Below are positions 1 to 12,351 of a stretch of DNA of 64,000 nt, one piece after another. The notes beneath the pieces are model-generated. The model was given only the letters and a program-made list of their open reading frames with translations. It searched no databases and was not told the DNA's origin. The position numbers and the translations under genes were made by a program. Origin of the DNA: Eledone cirrhosa (lineage: Eukaryota); contig OZ024740.1 of NCBI GenBank assembly GCA_964016885.1, positions 49,724,001-49,788,000 of the forward strand. Direction: 5' to 3'. Position 1 is the stretch's first letter, and each line of letters opens with the position of its first letter.

Positions 1-61
1 GTTCACTACTACCAACCCAGGAAAAACCAACGAAGAACCATGTGAGATTGATTCATACAAA

Positions 62-1120
62 ATGAAAATTCGAACAATTCCAAAATGGAACAAATCCCTC
101 AGAGACAGAAAGTTCTCATTCTGGAAGATGATACAAAATCACAACAAAGCGGAGATATATGAAAAATGGCTTAACTCAACCCCTCTAACTCTCCCCCGTA
201 AACTACAAATAAAGTCCATTCCAAATGAACCCGAACCTCAAAGACACCTTAGGGAAAGAATGGCATTGGAAAAAATGAAGACAGAAATTGAACTTCTTAA
301 ACTGAGGGCCCGGACAAATGAGGAAAAAATCAAAACAATCGATGAAGAGATCCTCCTGGAAATCAACAATAAAACTGAAGGCCCCAAGGTAGAGAAGATC
401 TCCAAATTATGGAAAGGGGACTGCAACAGAGAAGAACTGAAATCCCTTCAACGCTGGGAAAAAAGTGCCGCTTGGTTCCTACACTATGAATCGACTTTTC
501 AAACGGATTACACCTCCAATAACCCGTTCATAAAAATAGGAAAACCCATAACTGAACCGCACAACAACTTTTCAAACCCCCAAGCCACTAACAAAAGAAG
601 AAGGAAGCACCACACCGAAGATGAACTTCCCAACCCCGCTACCATAAGAAGGAACAAAAACCCAAGAAATCATCTCCCCCAGAATGACATTTACAACTTA
701 CCCCCTTCAAGGAGACACCATACCAAATCACTCAACTACTACGCGGATGCCTCATCGTCAAACATAGGGAAAATATACCACCACCATGATAGATGTAACA
801 ACCTCCCCGCTTCAAGGGGACAGCAAGGTAATTACCATTTTCTCAACTCTCGCTTCCACAATACACAACAAACCCACACCACACGATACAACCAACAACG
901 TAGGCCACTTATAACACCACAATACAACATGACACATAGAAACACACACCCATACTCGCAGTACAGGAACACCCCATTCAATCTACAACCACCAACCCGA
1001 ACCACATTTTACAACAACAAGGAATATAACAAACACAGGAGACCACTTAACATCAGCAGACAACTCCTCTACCCCAACCATTTTTTAGACACAGCACACA
1101 GATACAGGCAAACAAAATAA
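62..1120 (+). CDS. Upstream basic ORF (helical N-half, low-complexity C-half) of the PLE; may start before base 62
   Basis: 352-codon non-microsatellite ORF with the same A/C-rich composition as the RT region; overlaps the RT frame at 1051-1120. Confidence 0.7.
   Translation: MKIRTIPKWNKSLRDRKFSFWKMIQNHNKAEIYEKWLNSTPLTLPRKLQIKSIPNEPEPQRHLRERMALEKMKTEIELLKLRARTNEEKIKTIDEEILLEINNKTEGPKVEKISKLWKGDCNREELKSLQRWEKSAAWFLHYESTFQTDYTSNNPFIKIGKPITEPHNNFSNPQATNKRRRKHHTEDELPNPATIRRNKNPRNHLPQNDIYNLPPSRRHHTKSLNYYADASSSNIGKIYHHHDRCNNLPASRGQQGNYHFLNSRFHNTQQTHTTRYNQQRRPLITPQYNMTHRNTHPYSQYRNTPFNLQPPTRTTFYNNKEYNKHRRPLNISRQLLYPNHFLDTAHRYRQTK
1081..1087 (+). promoter_or_regulatory. Candidate -1 ribosomal frameshift heptamer U_UUU_UUA
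   Basis: CAT TTT TTA GAC in ORF1 phase; the -1 frame is the RT frame and is open from 1051. Confidence 0.5.
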
Positions 1121-3403
1121 CACAAGACAGGGAGGAGAAACCGATAGTAATAAAAATTATCAATCTTACTAGTGCAGAACCAACACCCAACCTTATCAAC
1201 TTACTCTCCAAAGGTCTTAAATTCACACCGACCCCACTACGTCCTAACTACTATGAAATGAAGGAAGACATCACAGACTTCTGTAGAAAGTTACGACTTA
1301 GTGAACAACTATTCGACCAGTACAATGAGGATGAATCATTAGCCAGAAATAGAAGCAATTACACCCCTTCAAAAGGTAGAAATAAAATCCTGGACAAATT
1401 CTGTGAACACATCACAAATTTCCCTTACCAACACTTGCACAGACAAAAACACAAGCCAAACCTCAACAAGAAAGAATGGGAAGAATTAAATAGATTAAAA
1501 ACCGACAGAACCATTACAATTAAAGAGGCTGATAAAGGGAGTACAGTAGTCCTAATGGAGACAGAATTCTATATTAACTTAGCGCTCTCCACTTTGGAAA
1601 ACGAAACATACTACGAAAAGGCTGAACACTACAATCAACAGAAAATTATGAGAAACCTAAAAACTCTAATCAACCAATACAAAGAAGGACTCACTAATAA
1701 GGAATTCAGCTTCATCACAGACTTCACAAGTAAATCCAGCCTTTTCTACGGTATCCCTAAAGTACATAAAAGCGAATTAATAAGTAAGGCATGCAAGGAA
1801 GCCACAGGCATAGTCATCAATGTCCCCTCACCCAATGATCTCAAATTAAGACCTATAATAGCAGGCCCCGCTTGCGAAACCCACCGCCTTAGCAACTTCA
1901 TTGATACCCTTCTCAAGCCCTTTCTCAAACACATCAAAAGCTATATAAGGGACGACCTAGATATGCTCAATCACCTCCCTAATATGCCACTTTCTGAACA
2001 AACCCTACTAGTGACGTTCGATGTAGTCAACCTATACTCCAGCATCCCCCACAACCTAGGAATAGAAGCTATCCAATTCTGGCTGGATAATTTCCACAAT
2101 GAACTCCTACAACGCATCAAAAAAAGAATTCGTGATAGAGGGACTCAAATTTATCTTGGAGAACAATTACTTCGTTTTCAATAACAAACCCTACAGACAG
2201 AAATCTGGGACCGCTATGGGAACGAAAACAGCCCCCACTTATGCCAACCTGGTCATGGGATACCTGGAAATCACCCTCTACACTAAAGTCCTAAACAAAT
2301 TTGGAAACACTCTCCACTTACACATTGAAAGGAATTGGAAGCGATATCTAGATGACTGCTTCATCCTTTGGCACGAAAACATCGAAAAACTTAAAGAATT
2401 TCACACCCTTATAAATGGGCTCAACACGAATATTAACTTCACGATGGAATACAGCCATCAACAACTCCCCTTCCTCGACATCCTCATTAAGATCCATAAC
2501 AAAAAAATAGAAACAGACATATACTACAAGCCCACAGACTCCAAGCAATATCTTCCTTTCAACTCTTGCCACCCTAGACACGTTAAAATTAATATTCCCT
2601 ACAACTTAGCCAAGAGAATCTGTACTATAGTCTCCAATAAAAACACCTGCTACTTACAGCTACAAGAACTAAAGGACACACTCATAGGCAGGGACTACCC
2701 TGCATCACTAATTGACAATGGAATCCAACGTGCCCTAAAACTCAGTACCCAGGACCTTAGACACCCTAAAGTAAATCAACCGAAACTAAAAGCTCTTCCA
2801 TACATCTCCACACACAACCCCTCAACAATGAGGCCTTTGACACCATCCTCCAGAACATCCCTGTGTTGAAAAAGGACCATAGAATGAACCAAATCCTACG
2901 AACACACGATATCATAAAGAGCAAAAGACAATCTAAGTCAATGAAAAACATCCTAACACATGCCAAAGTACTGCCAACCACAACAACGAAACCCACAGTA
3001 AAAAAATGCGATAGACCCAACTGTGGCATTTGCATCAACCTAATAGAGGGTTCGGAATTCTATTTCAAAGAAGGACAACGTTTTATAGTAAAACACAATT
3101 TCACATGTGCATCGGAAAATCTAATATATGTATTAACTTGCTCAGGTTGTCGAACAATACATAGGCCAGACCAAAAATAGCCTCCGCCAACGCATAACTG
3201 TCCATAGATCCCAAATTAAAATACGGGAATACAGGAAAATACCACTGAGTGAACACATTGATACCTGTGCCGCCCAAAATCATCCCAACTTCAGAATCTT
3301 TCCCCTCTACAAATTTAAAGATAATGCCACCCACACCCAACGCATCAGCAAGGAATCTTACTTTATTAACAAATACGGACCCCGTCTAAACACTTCTCCC
3401 TAA
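1081..3403 (+). pseudogene. PLE reverse transcriptase-GIY-YIG ORF with three frameshifts
   Basis: ORF pieces 1258-2184, 2099-2869, 2863-3180 and the frame to 3403 join at an A-run near 2122, a C-run near 2820 and near 3151. I saw no in-frame stops. Confidence 0.9.
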
Positions 3404-3518
3404 GACGAACCCACAACATACACACGTCAACATACATACCTACATCAGCAAACATCTCTACCCACATATAAACACAATGACATACGTAAACACACATGTT
3501 CTATGGTGCAACACAAAA

Positions 3519-3583
<65 letters not shown>

Positions 3584-3761
3584 ATATCATTTCACACCTT
3601 TTATTGTTAAGATTTTTGATGTTCTATTGAGAGAATCGATTTTACTGAAAATATCGAATAATGTACACCATTTTACCAGGGGAAAAAAAGAAAAAAATAC
3701 TGGTCCACCCACACACACACACACACATTCTCCCACACACACACATATATATATACACACA

Positions 3762-3792
<31 letters not shown>

Positions 3793-3796
<4 letters not shown>

Positions 3797-4037
3797 CTCC
3801 ATATAAGACAAGAGCTGAAAAGTATCTTTTAACATGTCAAAATATCATCCCTCACTCACTTACAGACACATTCCCACTCACCATCCTTCTACCACGAATT
3901 ACTCTGCTACACACACACACACTTCTCCGTATAAGACAAAAGCTGAAAAATATCTTTTGACATGCTAAAATACCCCCCCCCCCCACTTACTTACAGACAC
4001 ATTCCTACTGACCATCCCGCTACCACGAATTACTCTG

Positions 4038-4040
<3 letters not shown>
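3793..4040 (+). repeat. Tandem duplication, about 130-bp units separated by (CA)n
   Basis: CTTCTCCRTATAAGACAA...ACCACGAATTACTCTGCTAC occurs twice. Confidence 0.8.
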
Positions 4041-4085
<45 letters not shown>

Positions 4086-4501
4086 TTGTTGTGAAAGAGT
4101 CATTCCTCAGTCTTGGCGCAAAATCAATTTTTTACATTCACATGACCTCTACCGACCAATCAAAATTGTTTTGACTACAAGAATTTTTGCAACACGAATT
4201 GGCGCAAAAAACCAATTTCAATAGCGCTGGAGCCACTTTTTAACATAAAAACAGGTAGAATTTCCAAAACTAATCAGATCAGAGCAAACAACACGGACAC
4301 CCTATCTCAAAATTATTTTTGAAAAGCATTTAGAAATGCGCAACCGGTAAAAACTTAAAACCAAAACTGAATACTAACCAATACTATTACTAATACTCTT
4401 TTATTCCTAATTAAACTATTTTTCAACTGTGAACAATTTGTCAGCATTTTCTATTCCGTTTACCAATATATAATAACTTGTGTGTTACACCTCTATTCTT
4501 T

Positions 4502-4560
<59 letters not shown>

Positions 4561-4563
<3 letters not shown>

Positions 4564-4853
4564 AGCAGAAAATCTATTATTGAGTTTAATCGTATTTCTT
4601 TTCCTAAATTATAAGGGGCCAAATACCAGAAGCCTCAATTCTCTCTCTCTTTCTTTCTCTCTCTCACTTACACTTTATATATATATATAATAGATTTTTT
4701 TTTTCTTATAGCATTTCAGGAAGGTCCGTCGAGCTGCGGATTATTGAGTCGGGTAAGATCGATATAGATCGAACCTTGAGCTGATCAGTGGCGAAACGCG
4801 CGTCACCTATCAATAATTGCAATTAAGGAATAATCAATCGTCCTTTTTATCCT

Positions 4854-4924
<71 letters not shown>

Positions 4925-5050
4925 GTAAGTGAGAGGGAGAAAGAAAGAGAGAGAGAATTGAGAGAATTGAGGCTTCTGGTATTTGGCTGGCCCCTTATAA
5001 TTTAGGAAAAGAACTACGATTAAACACAATAATAGATTTTCTGCTGGCAT
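4561..5050. repeat. Inverted repeat (about 120-bp arms, 4561-4680 and 4921-5050) around an HHR-containing segment, (TA)n at the junctions
   Basis: GCCAGCAGAAAATCTATTATTG... is the reverse complement of ...CAATAATAGATTTTCTGCTGGC. Confidence 0.9.
4722..4808 (+). ncRNA. Variant type I hammerhead ribozyme
   Basis: Stem I AGGT/ACCT; core CCGUCGA (two changes from CUGANGA); long stem II GCTGC...GTGGC; GAAA; palindromic stem III ACGCGCGU; C17. Confidence 0.55.
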
Positions 5051-5115
5051 ATGTAGTTTGCATATTGGTATTATACGCAAATATATTGAAAAGTAAATTG
5101 AAAAGTAAATTGATA

Positions 5116-5785
5116 TCTTCTTCTTCGCCCACTGATTTCTGAGAGAGCCGTTGGGGCAGAGTCCTTCTCAAACACTCCTTCCAGCGAGTCTGTCAGAAGA
5201 AAACATCTCTAACTGCTCCAGCTGGATCCCAAGCGTGACCAGCTCATGGATGTTATCCAACTATCTTGCTCAGGGTCTACCTCTGGGTCTCTTGCCGGTT
5301 GGTTTTGCCTGTAAAATGTGTCCAGCGATTCTTTACTGAGACATTCTAACCACATGCTCATAATATCGGAGTTGTGATTTCTCAATTCGGAGAAGTAGCG
5401 GCTCTACCAGGAGTGACTCTCTGGTCTCTGAGTTATGCACTTTATCCAGTAACGTTACTCCAAAGACTCTTCGGAGGAATCCCATTTCTGCCGCTTTTAT
5501 TTGCAATTGTATTCTTTTGGTCATTACTCAAGATTCATGATCCTCGGTAAGAGTTGGCAGGAATACCAGGAAGACAGCGAGTTTGGCTTTTACACCTACC
5601 CCCTTCTTCTGATTGCTGAATGCTGAGGCTGACGCATTACTGCATCAGCTTTCGCAATTCTTGCACTTAATTCTGCCTCTTGCATTCCATCACTTATGAA
5701 CACGGCTCCAAGATACTTGAACTTCTCTAACTTCTTCAGTAGAGCTTCATTCACATGTATATAAATTTGAGGGAGTTCTGTCCAC
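5116..5785 (-). mobile_element. RTE-clade LINE 3' fragment
   Basis: EKFKYLGAVF..ELSARIAKA, AAEMGFLRRVFGVTLLDKVHN, SQLRYYEHVVRM; (GAA)n tail. Confidence 0.9.
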
Positions 5786-5967
5786 CCGTCCATCACACAA
5801 TGTGTATGTGTGTTTGTGTGAATGTATGTGTGTGTAAAAGAAAGGAAAGGGATACACACATATATATGTCTCTAACTTAAAAACAGTGACACACAGACAC
5901 ATGTCTCTAATTTAAGAACGCCGACAAAATCACGCGCGCGCATATATTATTACCACTGTCCTACCAC

Positions 5968-6420
5968 TTAAGAGCTTTGACCCGGGCAAACATTCCCTCA
6001 ATTTTGGAACCGTCTGGGTTGTCCAGAATTGATGGGAAAAGACTTGACGGTCTTACTCTGTGCTCCTGGTCAAGAGGCAGGTGCCTTACCTGGGACGTCA
6101 CAGTTATTGACTCTTTTGCTTCTTCCCATATCCTGGATGCAGCGATAAGGGTGACAGTTACAGCACCCGCAGCTGAACGCAACAAAATTCTAAAATACCG
6201 TGTTCTGTTAGCTAACTAATTATCCAGCCTGTGGTGTTCGAGACGTTTGGGGGAGTCGGGCTACTGACAGCAAGGTTCTTATCTTCACTGGCGGCTCGCA
6301 ATACAGAGGTAACTGGTGATGCTCTGAGGGCACTTGGTTGTTCCAGCACCTCAGCATCGCCATCACCCCAGGTAACGCTGCGAGCGTGCTGGTGGTGGTG
6401 GTGGCCGCGTTATACCAGAA
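5968..6420 (+). mobile_element. CRE-clade LINE 3' fragment (restriction-like endonuclease)
   Basis: IPSILEPSGL..DGKRLDGLTL..W..G..LTWDVTV, KILKY, VFETFG, GNAASVL. Confidence 0.85.
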
Positions 6421-6831
6421 GTGTAGAAATTTGAAACTTTGAAAAGAAGTTAATTTTAAATAAACAATAAAATGATTTATATTAAAAATGACGGAATTTA
6501 GTACATAAATTATGTAATATTCATTCATTATTTATTCAAAGTAATCCAACTTATTTTACTAACTGGATTAAAAGATTAAAAGAAATAAACCGTACGCAGT
6601 CTCGCACTCCTTACTTTATTATAGTTAAGATAGGAGAAGGCAACATAGTTTGTTTGTTTGTTAAGTAGGTGGACTAGAATTGATTATATTAACCTTAAAC
6701 ACTTGTCTCATAAAAATGGTAAAAACTCAGCATAACCATTTATTAAGTGTATTCTCGAACGAAACAAAATATCTTTTCGACTCACTATCTTATTAATACT
6801 TGTTCACATGGTAAGTAGCCTTACCACATTC

Positions 6832-6939
<108 letters not shown>

Positions 6940-6954
6940 AGAGGGAGAGATAGA

Positions 6955-7555
6955 GAGAGCTCTTTCTTTAATTGCCACAGGGGCGTACAAAAATGGGACA
7001 TTACAAGACGTGACGGCGGGGGTTTTACATAAAATCTTTAACAATGATAAATGACAATAAACTATATAAAAATAAAACAATTGAAATGCCGAATGGGCGG
7101 GTGGGGGCGTTACTGCAGGGTTGTTTTACACCCCGTGGATAGAACAACCCTCAACACCAGGAACACGTTTTGTAGGTGTTCCTGTCTTCCCTCTGTTTAT
7201 CTTCCTCAACCTACAGGTTTATATACAGAGAAGGCCCATTCACTCGGGCCATTTTCGCCACATTCACCCACCTTTCAGCGAATTTACTGGAGTGAGCACC
7301 TCTCTCTCTACTCTCACCTTCCTTCTGAAGTGATACTTAAAGAAGGGGATAAGTTGTTGTCCGGAGAGAAAGGTGCTTTCCCTCCGTCCTTTTAACCTCG
7401 TCCACCATATTACCTCTTTCGCCATAGCCACCAGACTGAGGAAGACCACCTCTCCTTTTTTCTTAAATGAAGGCGGCGGGGTGATCCTCACGATGGACTC
7501 GGCTGACAACTGGATGCGTCCTACACGTGATAGTATCTGTTCGACATAACTTGCG
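6955..7555 (-). mobile_element. Tx1/L1-like LINE 3' end abutting (TC)n
   Basis: C-terminal AKEVIWWTR motif, hairpin-rich 3' UTR, AATTAAA followed by (TC)n. Confidence 0.65.
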
Positions 7556-8427
7556 TATAGATAGATACAGAGAGAGAGTGAGTGTGTGAGGGGGGAGAGA
7601 AAGAGAGGGGGAGAAGCAGACACATATATGTAGATAAATGTATAGGTAGATATCTATAGATATCTGCTGTTCTATCATTGACCGTCTTGTTAACACTGAG
7701 AGACAAAGGTAGGGTGGAAGATATCAAATTACCATGTCCTAATTCAGATGTCCCTTGACGGTTGTCTTTTATCATTATGATTTTGTTGTTGTTTGATTAT
7801 ATCGCTGGTTGGTTGATTGGTGGAATGTCTGGTTGGATGGTTGTTTCACAATTAATGAATTAGTGTTTTGTGTGATATTTTGGTTCATTGTTAATGACAT
7901 TGTGTATGTGATAATCTAGCAATCTGACACCATCGTTCATAGATAAGTTGGTGTATTGGTTAGTTAAACGATCTATTGTTTCATTAAATTGCTTGAATGA
8001 ATTCTATAGATACCAAGACAACTAAAAAAAAAAAAATACTGTTGAATTGAGAGATGATAGAGAGGAGATAAATAAAACAGAGTGGAGATGAGATGAAGGT
8101 TAAGAAAACCAACGAAAATGAAGAGAATACAAGTATAATGAAGATGACATATCAAATTAAAATAACAGAAACAGGTCATTGTATCGTATTCGATTTGCCA
8201 TTATTATAACTCCTGTCAAAAACATTTAATTTACTATAACGATTTGAAATGTTTGAAATAAGTTGTTATATGAGATTATTCATTTGTTGAGGTAGTTGTG
8301 TAGCTCTTGGTCAACCATGACTGATCAGTTAGATGGCATGATGCAAGTAATCCGTCGAGCGACGAGGTGCGATCCATTATTCCCCTAACTAATTGGTAGT
8401 AATAAAAGAGATGTTTTATGTCTAGCA

Positions 8428-8932
8428 CAGAGGTTCTCAAACTTTTGGGGCCACCGCCCCCTCGAGGCCACGTAATACCCTCACTACCTCCAACCCTATT
8501 TTCAGAGAGATCTGCCTACACGCAAATTGTAAATACTATATAATAAATAAAATCGTTAATTTATAAATAATATAATATATACTATGTATAAATAAATGTT
8601 ATATAATTTTTATTTTACTATATTTATATATAAGTATCATTTGATATTTAATATACTGTTTCTACTTTTGGCACAAGGCCAGCAATTTCCCCAGTAAATT
8701 ACTTGTACTTTATTTTATCGACCCCGTAAGGATAAAAGGCAAAGTTAACCTCGGCGGCATGTGAACTAAGAACGTAAAGGGCCATAGCTCTATGCTGCAA
8801 AGCATGGCGTCTGACGCTTTAATATTCTATTATATCATCTCTACCACCCCCACCGCCACCTTAGGACCCAGTGCTCCCTGGACCTTCTCAACGCCCCCTG
8901 GTGGGAAGTAGCGCCCACTTTGAGAATCTCTG
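8428..8932. mobile_element. hAT (Charlie-like) MITE with a nested SINE at about 8655-8820
   Basis: TIRs CAGAGGTTCTCAAA / TTTGAGAATCTCTG; 8-bp TSD GTCTAGCA / GTCTACCA. Confidence 0.85.
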
Positions 8933-9115
8933 GTCTACCAGATGGTATTTATTCCTGTCTATTAATACCATCAGTTGACATATTCTACCACTTGAAACCT
9001 ATATTGTTTTTCTCGTACATGAATTTACTTTTTACTGAACAAATCATTCAATAGTGTTGTACTCATTGTATATCAAGAAGAAACGAAAAACACTTAGCAT
9101 ACATTAATTACCGTA

Positions 9116-9302
9116 GGGCGGTGTATTGGCAGTATCGGTAGAGGGTTGGACGCCATGCTTTCTAGCATAGTTACGTCACTTTACGGTCTGAGTTCAAATC
9201 CCGTCGAGGTTAACTTTGGTTTTCATCCTTACGGGGTCGATAAAATAAAGTACCAGCAATGTACTGGGTATTGCTGGCCTTATGCCAAAAGTAGAAACAA
9301 TT
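9116..9302 (+). mobile_element. tRNA-derived SINE, dominant family
   Basis: Box A-like TGGCAGTATCGGT, box B GAGTTCAAATC, TTTCATCCTTACGGGGTCGATAAAATAAAGTACC (Meta-domain-like), tail GTAGAAACAATTA. Confidence 0.9.
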
Positions 9303-9993
9303 AATTACCGTTTTGGAGACATATTTTCCAAAGACAACTGATGTCTTTTGAGACAATATTCTGAGTATCTTCATGTTCTATTCACAATACTGAGTCAAAT
9401 CTGAATACTGTATTGTTTCCATATTTTTAAAAAATTCATTTCCGCCATTGTATTCAAAACTATATTGCTTTCCAGTTTTCTTCCATTATTCCATTATTCC
9501 TGACTCAAGGTACTTCACATATTTCTATTGTCTATATCCTATTATTATTATTCTTTTCAACACCACAAATGATTTAATATTGTACTTCATCAAGATTTCT
9601 GATTAGTTATTATCGCATATTCTTCGCTTTTTAATCACTTATTTCATCTATCCCCCTAAAGTGTTGCTTTCTTACACATCTGTCCTTGGAATGCGCACTG
9701 TTACTGTAGTACCGCATCTCTCTTTCTTTCTCACCCCCACCCCCGGCCGTCTCTCTCTCATTTTGCCCTTCCACCTTTACTGCTTAGCTCATTACTTCTG
9801 TTTCGCGAAAATATTTCTGAAGTAGGAATACAGAAGAATGACATCTGCTGGCAATGTTATTGAAATCTACTACTACAACTTAAGATTTGATTTATTAACA
9901 ACCTGTTTGACAACATACATACACACATACATACATACATACATACATACATACATACATACATACATACATACATACATACATACATACATA

Positions 9994-10602
9994 CATGGTG
10001 GCTGCCAACTCGTTTTCGAGTACGGCCACTACTTTATATCCATGTAGGAGAACTCCTACCGATGCGCTAAACAAGTGTGACTTTTTAGTCCAGCCAGCGA
10101 CTTGAAAACTCTGGTACAAACACTACACTTGTGACAATTATTGAAACATAGTGCTGGGCCCATGGCACCATGTGACGACAAGTGCAGAGAGATCTCCAGA
10201 TATAAAGCAATGCCTGTGTCGTGAAGCTTTTATAGTGAGCAAAGGCACTGCACAAAGCCAGTCCCATTCTCTTAACCAAGATGATATTTACCAAAAAGAA
10301 GAACAAGTCAACATCATTGGATACCATCAGGGTTGCAGGTGTTATATCAGAGTTTTCCTTCTCCTAGAATTCTGCCTTGACAAAGGCTAAGGGGTCATCT
10401 CTCCCGGTGGTTTTGGATGGCCATTGACTCTTAAGAGCTCCTTTGCCCTTTGACAGGTTTTGTTTTTAGTCCTGCAAGATGTCCAAAGTTACCCTCCTCA
10501 CCAAGAAACCTTGGTGGGGTTGCCAGTTTAGTCGCCAACGACCCGACCATGGGACAGGTTGTACTGGAATACATGTTACCAGTAGCACCAACTGGTGACC
10601 TG
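9994..10602 (-). mobile_element. Short non-autonomous RTE-derived element in (TGTA)n, with a 5'-truncated tandem copy at 10700-10815
   Basis: RTE-like 5' part (CTAGGAGAAGGAAAACTC), C2H2 remnant CSVC..FKS.AGLK.H...H, 3' hairpin CTCGAAAACGAG, (TGTA)n tail. Confidence 0.75.
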
Positions 10603-10891
10603 ACATACATACATACATACATACATACATACATACATACATACATACATACATACATACATACATACATACATACATACATACATACATACATACATAC
10701 ATGGTGGCCGCCAACTAGTTTTCGAGTACGGCCACTACTTTATATCCATGTAGGAGAACCCCTACCGATGCGATGAACGAGTGTGACTTTTTAGTCCAGC
10801 CAGCGACTTGAAAACATACATACATACATACATACATACATACATACATACATACATACATACATACATACATACATACATACATACATAC

Positions 10892-11133
10892 AAAAGTAGA
10901 ATATTTATGCAGAACTGATGAGAAATCTGCAGATACTCCACCCTGATTACACCTTCAGATTTATGCCTGTGATTATTGGGGCACTGGGGTATGTTAGTAA
11001 CTGCCTCAATACAAATCTTGAGAAGCTAGGCTTCACAGGAACAGAAAGAACACAACTAGTTAGGAAATTACAAGTACAATCCATTAATGGAACAGTACAA
11101 ATATGTAAAACATTCCAAACATTTTGCATCTGA
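10892..11133 (+). mobile_element. R4/Dong-like LINE C-terminal fragment (restriction-like endonuclease end)
   Basis: Y.EL...L......FMPVIIGALG...LEKLGF...LQVQSINGTVQICKTF. Confidence 0.7.
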
Positions 11134-11536
11134 TAACTGCATATACACATATACAGATACAAAGCATATACACATGCACACATACAACTCAAAACATCCA
11201 CACATACAATAACATCCATATCTACACATGCATGCATGCATACATAATCTACCTTGTTGATGTGTAAATTCCAATGAGAGAGTCTTGTGTCTATGTTAGA
11301 AACCGACTCTCTCTCTATAGGGAAAAAATTGGTGAAATTATAAAACCAGAAGAACATACATACATACATACATATACATATATATGTGTGCGTCTGTGTT
11401 TGTGTATATATACAAATATACATACACACATATATACGCATGAGATGTCTACATGAATGGTCCTGTTATTTTTATGTAGACATGTTTTCCAATTCCAACC
11501 CGCCCGTCCCTTCAATCTATCTGATCCCTCGTTCTT

Positions 11537-11572
11537 TCTTCTGGCGAAGGACAAGCGTCCGAAACGTTAAGA
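11537..11572 (+). ncRNA. Minimal PLE-type hammerhead ribozyme (one core change)
   Basis: TCTT-CTGGCGA-A-GGAC(AAGC)GTCC-GAAA-CG-TT-AAGA. Confidence 0.7.
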
Positions 11573-11718
11573 CCCTTTGCCTGCTATTTCAAGTGTTAAT
11601 CTAATGAATAAAGGTGGCTTAGTTAGGATCTAGCTGTCGAAGTGGCCGGAGCTCAGCCGTCGGGGTCCTGACTCTTTTCCTATATATAAATGTATATATA
11701 TATATATGTGTGTGTGTG

Positions 11719-11941
11719 TTAGGTAATTCCGAAGAAAAAGCAGGGGAAAAAAGAGTGCTCTATGTATAGAACAGAGTTATTTAATTAGAAAGTGAACACA
11801 AAATATAACTACTCCATTACCAAATGTTTCTAGATCCCGGACAATATCTGATGACCGATCCAGACGTATATTATTATTGTCTGGGATCAGAAACCTTTGA
11901 TAATGGAGTAGTTATATTTTGTGTTGTTCACTTTCTAATTA
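11719..11941. mobile_element. Fold-back element, family H, with HHR core at 11848-11908
   Basis: Arms about 11783-11845 and 11876-11940; same family as 34726-34986. Confidence 0.85.
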
Positions 11942-11948
11942 TATATAT

Positions 11949-12150
11949 AACGAAGGAAGTGTGGTAAGGTACCAGGTGGTACATAACGCACCAGAGTACT
12001 CAATACTTAAGGTAGTAGAGTGGGTAATAGGAAAATGTTTAACCCGACGGCAGAGCTCAAGCCGTTTCGACGGCTATTTCTGGACTAAATTAGATTTAGT
12101 CCAGAAATAGCCGTCGAAACGACTTGAGCTCTGCCGTCGGGGTTAAACAT

Positions 12151-12155
<5 letters not shown>
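11949..12155. mobile_element. Fold-back element, family X, in (TA)n
   Basis: Hairpin CCCGACGGCAGAGCTC...GAGCTCTGCCGTCGGG. Other copies at 11626-11680, 31905-32096, 33316-33472, 44584-44773, 50799-50965 and 63546-63603. Confidence 0.9.
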
Positions 12156-12212
<57 letters not shown>

Positions 12213-12351
12213 TATGAAGAGAGAAGAAACATTTAGATATAATTAGTAATAAAATGTATCATACCTAAACTGCTCCTAGATTCCTCGACTACGTAGTTTC
12301 GTGGCATAAACAAAAACAATACATCATAAAGATATAGAGTCCCTATATATA

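Larger units (their letters stand above)
1..3403 (+). mobile_element. Near-intact Penelope-like retroelement (Neptune-type), RT plus C-terminal GIY-YIG endonuclease
   Basis: PLE motifs IINLT..LLSKGLKFTP, IKEADKGS, FYGIPKVHK, LRPII, FDVVNLYSSIP, GTAMGTKTAPTYANL, WKRYLDD, LPFLDI, YYKPTD..HP. Cys linker CDRPNCGIC. Endonuclease motifs NLIYVLTC..C, QYIGQT, LRQR..H, SEH. Stop at 3401-3403. Confidence 0.95.

Noticed and set aside
9116-9210. tRNA genes at SINE heads
   Set aside because: Boxes A and B are present, but there is no valid cloverleaf and a SINE body and tail follow.
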